A stretch of DNA of 64,000 nt. Source: Octopus vulgaris (lineage: Eukaryota). The stretch spans positions 102,610,001 through 102,674,000 of the forward strand of contig OX597814.1 in assembly GCA_951406725.2 (NCBI GenBank). Reading direction: 5' to 3'. Positions 53,821 through 64,000 of the stretch are shown in pieces. Every line of letters begins with the position of its first letter. Positions within the stretch are counted from its first letter, which is position 1. The translations under genes were made by a program, and so were the position numbers. The notes beneath the pieces are model-generated. The model was not told the DNA's origin and ran no database searches. It worked only from the letters and a program-made list of their open reading frames with translations.

Positions 53821-56800
53821 TTAAACTGGGTTTTTGACACCCACCTTTTTCGCCACTTCCTTCCATCTTTTTCCATACACACCTCGTGGTAAGGTCTTCT
53901 TTTCCAGCCCCATTTTGCTCTTCAGATGATATCTGAAGTAAGTGAGCAAGCCGGGGCATGAGACAAAGGATCCTATTGCGACTCCTTCCATTCTTGTACG
54001 CCACATGCATTCTTTTACTACTGCAACCGTGCAGTGAAAACATGCCTCACCTTCCTTCGAGAGTCCAGTTGGCGGTATCATCTTAATCATAGACTCAGCC
54101 GACAGCTGTACTCGTCCCAGATGCGATAACACGTGTTCTGTGTAACTTATCAAGTCTGACAACGGCCGACAGTGTACAAAAGCGTGCTGGACGGTTTCAT
54201 CGTCCAACCCGCATCTTGGACATGTCGGTGGCACTGAAATTCCGTGCCGCGATAACTTCTCGCGAACAGGTAAAGCATTCCTATAACACTGCCAGGCCAA
54301 GGATCTTTGGAAATTATCCAAATACCCCGTCCTGAAAGTCTTTTTAAACAGGTTGGTAAGTTGGTCTTCGTCGAACCCCAGAGCCCCTCCTAGAACGTCG
54401 TCGTTCTTTGCCTCTACCAGCCTGCTATAAAATACCGAGGTGGTATTTCCGCAGCCGGCCTTGCCCGCCTTGTGGATCAGCGTGAGTGCCTGTCGACACT
54501 CCTTTTGCCATAAAGTCAGATTCCGTCTTTTGATGTAACCGGGTTTAAAATTCACTAAGGAAGCCGGTCTCGGGAAAAATTCCCCTGTCAGCGGACTCCA
54601 CACCTTATCACCCTCCAGGTGGTGCCAGAGATGCTTCAGCCTCAGCGCATGTCTGCGCATCATCAACCAAGGCATTCCTAACCCACCCTTTAACGGTTCC
54701 TGGCAGCAAACGGAGCGCCTCACAAGTGGCTTTCCTCCCTTCCACAAAAAGCAGAAAAGGATTCGCTCCAACTTGCTAAGCCATGAATCGGGGCAAGGGA
54801 CAACGGTCAGGCGGTAAGTGATTACAGATGCAATAAACATCTGTACCACCTCCGCTCTTCCTTTCAAGGACAGAAACCTTCCGGACCAGGTCCGTACTAT
54901 GGCCTCCACCTTGCCCGTCACCTCACTCCAATTACTCTCGTTTGGGAGTCTGGCCCAAACCAAACTCCTAGCAACTTAACAGGACCGTCTGTCCAGTGTC
55001 CCACGGCACTGGACGATATCGACTTGCTCCTCCATGTGCTGAGGCGTAAGCCAATCGACTTGTCCTTGTTAACTTTTGCTCCTGCCACCGCCTCGTATCC
55101 TCTGATAGCATCTTCTACACAAGGTAGCTGAGCCTCATTGGACACGATGAGGGTGACGTCATCCGCATAAGCAGAAACCGTCCTCCTGCCTCCGATCTCA
55201 TCCGGGTTACTTCCCAGCCTCTCCAACTTTCGCAGCAATGGCTCGAGAACCAACACGTACAAAAGTGGTGACAAGGGGCACCCTTGACGAACTGAACATT
55301 CGATCGAAAACGGTTCCGTTAGGTAACCGTTTATCTGGACGGTGGACTTGATGCCGCTATACATTGCGGAGATCCACCCGCGAAATTCAGGGCCCAGTCC
55401 AGCCGCTTCGAGGACCGTCGCCAGGTACTTATGGTCTACCCCATCGAACGCTTTACTTTGGTCTAAATGGACCATTACCCCGCCCTTGCCGGTTAATTTA
55501 CCCACCCTATCTAAGGTGTAGCGTATAAGGTGAAGATTGTCCTGGATCGACCTGCCTGGAATTGCACATGTCTGTGCTTTCCCTACAAGTTTCTCCACGA
55601 CAGTCGTCAACCTTTTTGCTACATTAAGTAGAGTTATGGGCCTGTAATTACTAATGTTATCCCCCTTGCTAGGGTCTGGATTAGCGTCACCACTCCCCGG
55701 CTTACATTACTGGGAATTCTCTCGTTCTGCTGCCAGTTCGCGTAGACGCCTGCCAGTATTCCCCCGAACAAGTCCGGTATACTTTGATAAAACTCGTAGG
55801 GCAGACCATCCAGCCCCGGCGACTTCTCCCCGGCGCATCCGGCCAGTACCCCCTCTATCTCCGCGGGAGTGATCGCTCCTTCACAGCACTCCACCTCACG
55901 CCCCGAGAGCCGCGGTCCGCCGGCTAGGAAGTCCTTTAAGGCCCTCCCCCGCTCCAGCGAACCACCACCCCCGAACGCGCAGGCGAAATGCTGGTGAAGA
56001 AACTTTTGCATCTCCTCCTGTCCATAGATCTTGTGTCCCTGTTCGTCAGTTAAAGACTTGATTGAAGCTTTGTTGCCTCTCTGACTCTCCACACGGTGGG
56101 CCCATCCGGCAACGTTAATACCTTCTCGTTTCCCTGCGCGTAGCTTAGCTCTACAACCTTCGTGTTTGGAGTTAAGGTGATGGTACAATACCGTCCTTGC
56201 TGCCATCACTCCGGATGCAGAGCCAGATTCCATTGCCTCGTTTAGATTCTTAACTAAATCGTCCTCTATCCTAGACCTATCTAACCTTAGCTGATTGCTA
56301 AATCTAATGGACTCTGAACGAATGGCTCTTTTGAGGGAGTGCCACCATCTATTGTTAATGATGGTGCCACATAATGCCCTCTGTACTAACACCTTAATCC
56401 GGGTACGGAAGTCTTCACAATTCAAAATAGACTTGTTCAGCTTCCAGTACCCGGGTCCCTGTCTATGACACTTATCTAATTGCACCCTACAAGTCACAGA
56501 TTTGTGATCCGTGTAAGGCACAATGTGAAACTGTGGACAACTAAACGTATCCTTATCTCTTTTCCTAACGAATATCCTATCTATATACGATCTGCGTGAG
56601 CCGTCGTTATTACTCCACGTCCACTGTGGAACGCTCGGCTCATCCAGTCGATAACGGTCTACTAGATTAAAGCTCTCTAGTAGACCCTTGAGGCTAGGGT
56701 TCCCCTTCCTATTGGTTGAGCCAACACTGTCGACCCGCGCTTCGAGGACAGTGTTAAAGTCCCCTACTAAGACTACCGTTTTCGACGTCACTAAAAAGTG

Positions 56801-57172
56801 CTCCAGATTCCGAAAAAACCCCGACTGCCTACTCTCTTTCGGAGCGTAGACAGCTACCAACCTGAAGGACTGTTTACTTACGTGGGTCACATCCAGAACG
56901 ACCAGCCTGCCTTCTGGGTCCAGAAAGACAGTACTTACCTACAAGTCCAAGCTCTTCCTGATAAGGACTGCCACGCCCCTTCCTCTTCTTCGGCTAGGAG
57001 AAATAAATTTCTCGAAACCATTTAGAAGAGGCGAGAACGCTTGGGCCCCGTTCATCTTGGACTCGGTTACAATAGCTACGTCCACTCCGTGTGTCGTGAG
57101 GTCGTTCAGGAGACAAATTTGTTTCCATTTCGACCCCATTCCGCGCACATTCACACAACCCAGCTTTGCCAT
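53821..57172 (-). pseudogene. Tx1 B ORF2 (APE, RT, zf-RVT), frameshifted
   Basis: VNVRG, GDFN, TDHK, SPGLDGLPYEFY, DQSKAFD, AYADD, CPRCGLDDETVQHAFVHC. Confidence 0.92.
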
Positions 57173-57555
57173 TGTCGGAGAGAGAGAAAAAAAAATAAAC
57201 TTACGGTTGGGACAAGGAGCATGACAGTTTAAATCTGCATGCTTCCCCTTCTTCCTCCCTTGTGGTCGTAGCTGCAGGGCTCTTAACCGGCGTTGCCATC
57301 GGGCTCTGGGTAGGTGTGGTTGCCGGGGTTATAGTAAGTTTACCCTCCAGTATTTCGTTAGTAACGTCTCTGATAAGGTTATTTTTTAAATGTTATTGGA
57401 GTGTTTTTTCCTTCCACTCGTCTTCCTTTATTTTTGCAAAACGAGTGGTCGACTTAGTGTCTGCAGACTTACTGAATAATTTCAGTTTTGAAAATTTAAA
57501 ATACTTGAACACTCTTTCGTTTTTCTCGTCGAATGCTACAACCTTTTCATTTTTT

Positions 57556-58635
57556 TTAATCAATTTTTTCCAATCTTGTTTTATGGGGAGGGGCTTGGCG
57601 AACTGTGTTCCAATGAATAGTGCCGTGGGGGTGGGGCTGGGGAATTTGTTTTGTATGCATCTCTGCGAGGTTTGCAGATTTTTTCTTTGTTTGGGGAGGG
57701 GAGTCCAGGGTATTTTCTTTTTTTCTTTTGTGTGTTACCTGTGTAAATTCCATTTGTTCATTTTTATCTTCCGTTTCGGTTCCCTTCCTTGTCGCAGTCT
57801 TGGGGTCTTTTTCCGCCTTTTCTTTTTCTGTGTTTGAAGCACTTTGAGGAGGGGCTTCGCTGTTTTTCTTTTTTTTTATGCAGTTCGAGCGGACGTGACC
57901 CTTTTCACCACATTTGAAACACCTACGTCTGCGCCCCTCCACTGACACTCTCATTGTAATTCCCTCCTCAATAAATACCCTATCGAGTAAGTTTTCTAGC
58001 ACATTATTTTCTGCTTGAACGAGGAGTTCGAGCGCTTGTCCCTTCCAGTTTACCTCCTCTTTCCTTTTCATCTGCAGAATTGAGACTTTCTGCTCTACGT
58101 CGTGCAGAACCACCGCTGCTACCCACATTATATCATATCCTCTTGGAATGTCTTCCACATATAGTTTCGCAGTTCTTTTTCCCATATATGTAGGTAGTAA
58201 CATGATGTCCTCACTTTTTAAGGTCATCGATGAAATCTCTCTTGCCACATCAGCCGAGTCGAAATGTGCTTCAACGGTAGCGCTGCGGGCACCTCGACCG
58301 ACGTGGCGAATTTTGCTCCACACTGGGGTCAAGCACTTCTCTACTATTTCGTTCTTCACGTCCATTATTTTTTTCTCTTTGTTACTGTAAACCTTGTATA
58401 CGACTATCTTAGCCTTTATTTCCTGTAATTTCGCTTGCGGCGGTACCAGTTTAATTTCATTGCCTTCCTTTTTTACCAAGTTCCGGTATTCGAATAACTG
58501 TTCAATTTTAAATTCTACTTCCGTTATGTTTCCGCCACTGCGGCCGAAAAAGACTGTTTTTTTAACCTCGATATCCTTCTGTTCGCCTTTTCCCATCACG
58601 GGAAAGTTGCTCCTCGACGCCAAGTCGAACTCCAT
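57556..58635 (-). CDS. Tx1 B ORF1 (gag-like, CCHC zinc knuckle)
   Basis: CFKCGEKGHVRSNC; RGARSATVEAHF shared with copy A. Confidence 0.85.
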   Translation of the reverse strand: MEFDLASRSNFPVMGKGEQKDIEVKKTVFFGRSGGNITEVEFKIEQLFEYRNLVKKEGNEIKLVPPQAKLQEIKAKIVVYKVYSNKEKKIMDVKNEIVEKCLTPVWSKIRHVGRGARSATVEAHFDSADVAREISSMTLKSEDIMLLPTYMGKRTAKLYVEDIPRGYDIMWVAAVVLHDVEQKVSILQMKRKEEVNWKGQALELLVQAENNVLENLLDRVFIEEGITMRVSVEGRRRRCFKCGEKGHVRSNCIKKKKNSEAPPQSASNTEKEKAEKDPKTATRKGTETEDKNEQMEFTQVTHKRKKENTLDSPPQTKKKSANLAEMHTKQIPQPHPHGTIHWNTVRQAPPHKTRLEKID

Positions 58636-59026
58636 TTCTCAAATTATGAGAACCAATTTTTCAATAAAAAAAAAATTACCCCGAAGGTAATAACAATGTT
58701 TATACACAGAATTTTCAGCCCCGTAGGGCGAAAATTACTATCACACAACGGACAACTGTTCAATTCACGAGCAAACACAAACAACGACGAACAAAAAACG
58801 AACTCACTCAACAAAATAGGCAGCTAACTTCTCAATACGCAGATGAAAGAGGGGTCCCTAGACGAGTCAAAACACCGGTTTTCGATGAAGTGAGACCGTT
58901 TGCAAATCCTTATTTATGGTTTTTCCAGTAACTTTTCGTCACTGATTTCGAAAAACTGTCTGCAAGCAATAATAAATCTCTGAACGAGATGTAAACAGTA
59001 ACTGCACTAGCCATCTCAATATGGCT

Positions 59027-59835
59027 CTTAGTCAGTGTCTTAGTCAGCTGAGTACTTGACAGACACTGACTTTGCTGACGACATCGCTCTTATCAGTGAT
59101 TCTCTCTCCAATGCCCAGTCTCTTTTACAATCTCTTGAACAAGCCTCAAATTGTGTAGGTCTTTACCTCAATGAGGCCAAGACTGAATACATAAACAAGT
59201 GCCTGTCCAACAGTGATTGCAACAGCCATACTCTCAACAATGCGCCCTTAAATATGGTTTCTGATTACAAATATCTTGGGTCATACATATCATCATCTGA
59301 AAAAGACTTTCTAACTAGAAAGGGTATGGCCTGGTCAGCCTGTAATGACATGCATAAGATCTGGTCATCAAATCTAAGTAGAGACTTCAAACTTGAAATA
59401 TTCAAAGCCACAGTCGAACCAATTCTACTATATGGCTCAGAAACCTGGACGTTATCAAAGAAGCTTGAGAGGCGGTTGGATGGAACCTACACTCGCCTCC
59501 TTATAAGAGCTCAAAATCTCTCGTGGAAGCGCCATCCAACCAAAATGCAAATATATGGGAAACTACCACCTGTGTCATCTCTTGTGAAAGGTAAGAGAGT
59601 CCAGTTTGCTGGACATTGTTGTAGAGCTGAAAAAGAGGTAATTTCTACTCTTCTCCTCTGGAAGCCATCTACTCGCAATACCAGAGGGCGCACACTCTCC
59701 TACCCTGATGTAATCTCCAGGGATACAGGCATCCAGCAACAGGACCTCCGTAATGCCATGATGGACCGTGAAGTCTGGCGTAGCATGGTAAATTCCATTG
59801 TCTCGACCACGGTCGAACAATGATGATGATGATGA
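59027..59835 (+). mobile_element. 5'-truncated RTE-type LINE with open RT C-terminal frame
   Basis: DFADDIAL, YKYLGS, LLYGSETWTL; (TGA)n tail; 11-bp TSD TCAATATGGCT (59016-59026, 59836-59846). Confidence 0.9.
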
Positions 59836-60318
59836 TCAATATGGCTAACCACTAAGGGTGGGTGTTACAATAGTTACTATTCTTACCGTTTCAACGTTGA
59901 CGCCTCCCACTACATCGTATACTCTTGCATGTCTCCGCCCATTTTTGCTTCCTTCATTAACTCATACTCTTCCTCTATTGGTAAATATATTTATTATTCT
60001 CTCGCGCTCTCTCCCTCTTTGTATGTCTCTCTCTCTCTCTTTCTCTTCGCCTCCATCTCTCATCTCATCATAAATTACTGAATGCTTCCCCCCCCCTCCC
60101 TTGCTTTCTGTCTTAACTCCCCTGTTCTCTTTCTTATTAAACACAAATAGCATTTTCTTTCTCCCGCCCTCAAAACATATCCACCCAATTCTCCCTCTTT
60201 ATCTCCTTTCTCTCGGTACTTCATTATATATTCATTTTAACCACTCTGGCTACCTTACTATATCGTTCACCTCATCCTCTCCCTCACTTCCTAAACGTAT
60301 ATATATATATATATATTT

Positions 60319-61538
60319 TTACATTATATAAAAGGGCTTAGTAAAATAAATTACTTTGCCGCATACTGAACTCATTAGAAATAGCAGCTGAAAAACTTTT
60401 TTAAAGCTATCTCTAATACTTAAAGAAAATCTCTCTCATATATAGCGTTTGCTTAATTCAACTCACAAAAGTTTGGGGGTAAGGACATTAAAAAATCAAA
60501 TGCTAAGGTTATTTGAGAACGTACGTTTCAAGATTAGTCAAAACAACACTTCTATCATCAGCTCAGAAACTCCTTGGTTTGGATTTGGAAACACTGAAAG
60601 TAAGAACATACCCTTTCGAAGATCCGCTCGTAACTAACAGTGCCAACAAACCCAAATAAGCAAGCGAAGAATTTCTGTTCTCCCCTTTCCACCAGCGTGG
60701 GTTAAAACCATCAAACGCTATGCTTATTTCGGTAAAATCCGAAGCATTAATTAGAGGGAGATTAATTATAATTTCAACAATTGAGGGTAAAATTAATTAA
60801 TTATTAATCAATTTCACCAAGTGTTCAGTATGCAAAGGGACCTTTTATATAATGTAATATATAAATGTAATATATAAAGCCCTTTTATATAATGTAATAA
60901 TTTGAATTCGCCTTAAATGGTCCCTTTGCATACTGAACACTTGGTGAAATTGATTAATAATTAATTAATTTTACCCTCAATTGTTGAAATTATAATTAAT
61001 CTCCCTCTAATTAATGCTTCGGATTTTACCGAAATAAGCATAGCGTTTGATGATTTTAACCCACGCTGGTGGAAAGGGGAGAACAGAAACTCTTCGCTTG
61101 CTTATTTGGGTTTGTTGGCACTGTTAGTTACGAGCGGATCTTCGAAAGGGTATGTTCTTACTTTCAGTGTTTCCAAATCCAAACCAAGGAGTTTCTGAGC
61201 TGATGATAGAAGTGTTGTTTTGACTAATCTTGAAACGTACGTTCTCAAATAACCTTAGCATTTGATTTTTTAATGTCCTTACCCCAAACTTTTGTGAGTT
61301 GAATTAAGCAAACGCTATATATGAGAGAGATTTTCTTTAAGTATTAGAGATAGCTTTAAAAAAGTTTTTCAGCTGCTATTTCTAATGAGTTCAGTATGCG
61401 GCAAAGTAATTTATTTTACTAAGCCCTTTTATATAATGTAATAATTTGAATTCGCCTTAAATGGTCCCTTTGCATACTGAACACTTGGTGAAATTGATTA
61501 ATAATTAATTAATTTTACCCTCAATTGTTGAAATTATA
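60319..61538. mobile_element. Young non-coding Penelope/retrozyme-like insertion: inverted copy + 1.2 tandem 544-bp monomers in (TA)n
   Basis: 60319-60842 is the reverse complement of 60919-61441; 60877-60994 is repeated at 61421-61538; (TA)n on both flanks. Confidence 0.8.
61192..61250 (+). ncRNA. Putative minimal type I hammerhead ribozyme (mirror copy 60511-60570 on minus)
   Basis: TGAG-CTGATGA-stem II-GAAA-CGTACG-TT-CTCA; palindromic stem III; atypical U.U at 10.1/11.1. Confidence 0.55.
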
Positions 61539-62499
61539 TATATATATATATATCAGTTCCCCCCTCTCTCTCTCACACACTCTCTCTTTCTTTCTCAGCA
61601 CCCCATACATTTCTGTATCCCTCCCCCTCCCGTAAATTTCCCTATCTCTCGTTTTTCTTTCTTTCTCCCCCTCTCTCTCGTTCCCTTTCTTTCTCTTTTT
61701 CTCTCCTCCCCCACCTCCTTATATCTTACCCTTTCCCTCTTCCTCTCTTTTTATTTTCCAAATAAATTATATTTTCAGATTTACCTTAAAATTTCTCTCT
61801 CGCTAATTATTTTACCAGAAGCTAATTATTTAACTAACGATTAATTACATAATTACTGTGTAGTTCTTAAGTGAGGAAATTAAATATTAAGCCATTTACG
61901 GACAATTTAAGAAGCATTTATTCAAAGAATCGTCCTACACATGGTTTGACATCATGCTAGAAATAACCGCCCACTACCCTCAAATTGGCGTTGTTTTTCA
62001 TACAAAATTGAAAGACAATTTAAGAAGCATTTATAAAACTTTTCCCGAATCTGGTCGGACTTATTGCTCGAATGAGAAACCAAGTGAAGAAGCGTCTATA
62101 AAACTTATTGGTGGTCTGGTATTTTACTAGAAATAACAGCCCATCACGCTATACTTTACATTGTTTTCATGAAGAACACTTTAAGAAGCTTCTGGAGAAA
62201 TATAGTCCATTTGGGGATTTAATGTGATGCTAGAAATAACAGATCCTCAATAACTATTGTATTTGTTTCCATGGTGATTTTCTATTTCATATGCAAGGAA
62301 TATCGACAGTAAACTGTTACTCTATGCTATAAAAAGCAGGGAAGAGGTTGGCGTCAAGAAAAGTTATTAAACTATAAACACTTTAAAGAATGGAGCCAGA
62401 ATGAATGAACTAATTGTTGCTGTGGATAAAACCTACAAATCAATATAAAGGGAGATAATTAGATTTAACTGTTCGTTACAGTAAATACTTCAGGAGAGG

Positions 62500-62552
62500 A
62501 AATACGCATGCGCATTGAATGTGCTTCCTACTTGATGTTTGACTTCCGGTTA
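62500..62552. promoter_or_regulatory. NRF1-like + ETS-like motif pair (possible promoter)
   Basis: CGCATGCGCA (62505-62514) and ACTTCCGG (62542-62549) in AT-rich unique-looking DNA. Confidence 0.3.
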
Positions 62553-63085
62553 AATGTCCTTTGAATGAATTTTATTTAATCAGCTGATAATAATAATACG
62601 TTTATAATTCTTTTAATGTATTTCTCAACCAACACATACACACATATATAAACAACACTATCCTTTATGAAACATTTGCGTAAGTATTAAACAATGAAAA
62701 TATTCAATGTTTTTAATTCTGGAGACTTTCGGTTTTTGGTGCATCAATTCGTTGTTCCTCTTCCGTGTTTTATGAACGAGAGATGTGCTTGATTGTACAG
62801 GATTTGGCTGCTATTTCTTGCTACGAAAAACATATTCAATGATTTGTGCGATATTTGGTTGATATTACTAGCTATGGAAGTGAAATGTTTATTAATTGTT
62901 CGAGCTTTGACTGCTATTTCTAGCTATGGAAGCTACCTTATGCACTGTCCGCCGTTGCCTGGTTAGTTTGTTGTGTGTTTTAGCTGAGAAATATTCTCAA
63001 ATACACTCCAACCACTGAAATGTTTACAATATTACCTGGAAACGAAATACAAAGTAGAGAGTGCAACGGGTGTAAGAAAAAAATG

Positions 63086-63320
63086 GGATCTATTCCATTT
63101 GACGGACAGATTTTTAAAATCATCATTATTTATTTTTGAACTAAACACTTTGAAACTTCGGATACTGGTAGAATGTGTCACATAGAACAGGGTTTACTCT
63201 TAACGTTTTTGACAAAACTATGTATTTTAGAAGTTATTTTGTGTTAAAGTTGTATTTGGGTAATTTTTAAGCAATCAATGACGTATATTCAGTTGAAGAA
63301 AATTACTGCTGCTGTTTGGG
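63086..63320 (+). mobile_element. Left arm of the GGATC foldback family
   Basis: GGATC...ACAGATTT...AACTAAACACTTTGAAACTTCGGATACTGGTAGAATGT matches the arm at 25392. Confidence 0.7.
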
Positions 63321-63469
63321 AAGAAGAACTTCGGGGTCTATTAACAATAAAGGAAAAAAATGGAGGGGGTGGGGGCAAAATGTCTTTCAGGAAAAAAAAA
63401 ACTAAAAGCAGTAGAAATGCACGAAGGATTATGGAGGAAACATGCTTCAGATACACTCGTTGATTCATA

Positions 63470-64000
63470 CAAACGTAACTGAGATGAAATGCAGCAGTGG
63501 ATCATGGACTGGCAACTCAAGCTGGCTGTGGACAAATGTACCACCATGCATTTTGTGAGGAAAAACCGAGCATCTGCTTACTCCCCTCACAACACTAATC
63601 TCAAAAAGTCTTCTTGTGAACGTGACCTGGGCGTTATTGTCGACAGCGATTTGCGTTGAACAAAACACATCGCCAAGAAGGCTGAGGGTGTCTTGGCATC
63701 ACTCACCAAGTCCTTTATGACCCTCTTTCCTGCTATCTATCTGAGGCTTTATATAGCTATGGTGCAGCCTCACCTGGAATTTGTATCACCGGTCTGGAAC
63801 ACCTATCTTGCCCAGGATATTAATTGTCTGGAAACTGTTCAGTGACGTGCAACTAAGAGAATACCCTCCATCAGACATTTGCCATATTCTGAACACCTTA
63901 CTTCCTTGGGCATGGATACATTGAAACTCCAACTTCTGGCGGCTGACTTGGCAGATACCCATAAAATTATTAACCATCTTACAAACAATAACTCTGAGCA
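63470..64000 (+). mobile_element. CR1-clade LINE RT C-terminal relic
   Basis: WQLKLAVDKC, ERDLGVIVDSDL, MVQPHLEFVSPVWN, LETVQ*RATKRI. Confidence 0.85.

Larger units (their letters stand above)
53579..58872 (-). mobile_element. Tx1-clade LINE copy B (near full length)
   Basis: Same architecture as copy A; bounded by CACCGGTTTTCGATGA at 53563-53578 and 58873-58888. Confidence 0.93.
47866..59868. repeat. ~340-bp host repeat with 43-bp terminal redundancy, split by two Tx1 elements and one RTE
   Basis: ACTAGCCATCTCAAYATGGCTAACCACTAAGGGTGGGTGTTAC at 47866-47908 and at 59006-59026 + 59847-59868. Confidence 0.8.

Overview
AT-rich eukaryotic (metazoan) genomic DNA that is dense in microsatellites and transposons. 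The SINE families and simple-repeat load look like an octopus/cephalopod genome (recognition, not verified). Most ORFs in the track are microsatellite artefacts. The real coding signal is almost all retro- or DNA-transposon: two near full-length Tx1-clade LINEs, a near-intact mariner, and R4, Penelope, RTE and CR1 relics. There are also a few small candidate exons of a minus-strand host gene. Main finding: two divergent Tx1 elements sit head-to-tail at exactly the same 16-bp site (CACCGGTTTTCGATGA, present three times) inside a small ~340-bp terminally redundant repeat, which suggests a sequence-specific retrotransposon/target system. Second: a young 544-bp head-to-tail plus inverted unit carrying a hammerhead-ribozyme-like motif (Penelope/retrozyme-like). 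Also seen: GGATC-ended foldback elements with interchangeable centres (one telomeric) and tandem Helitron-like units.
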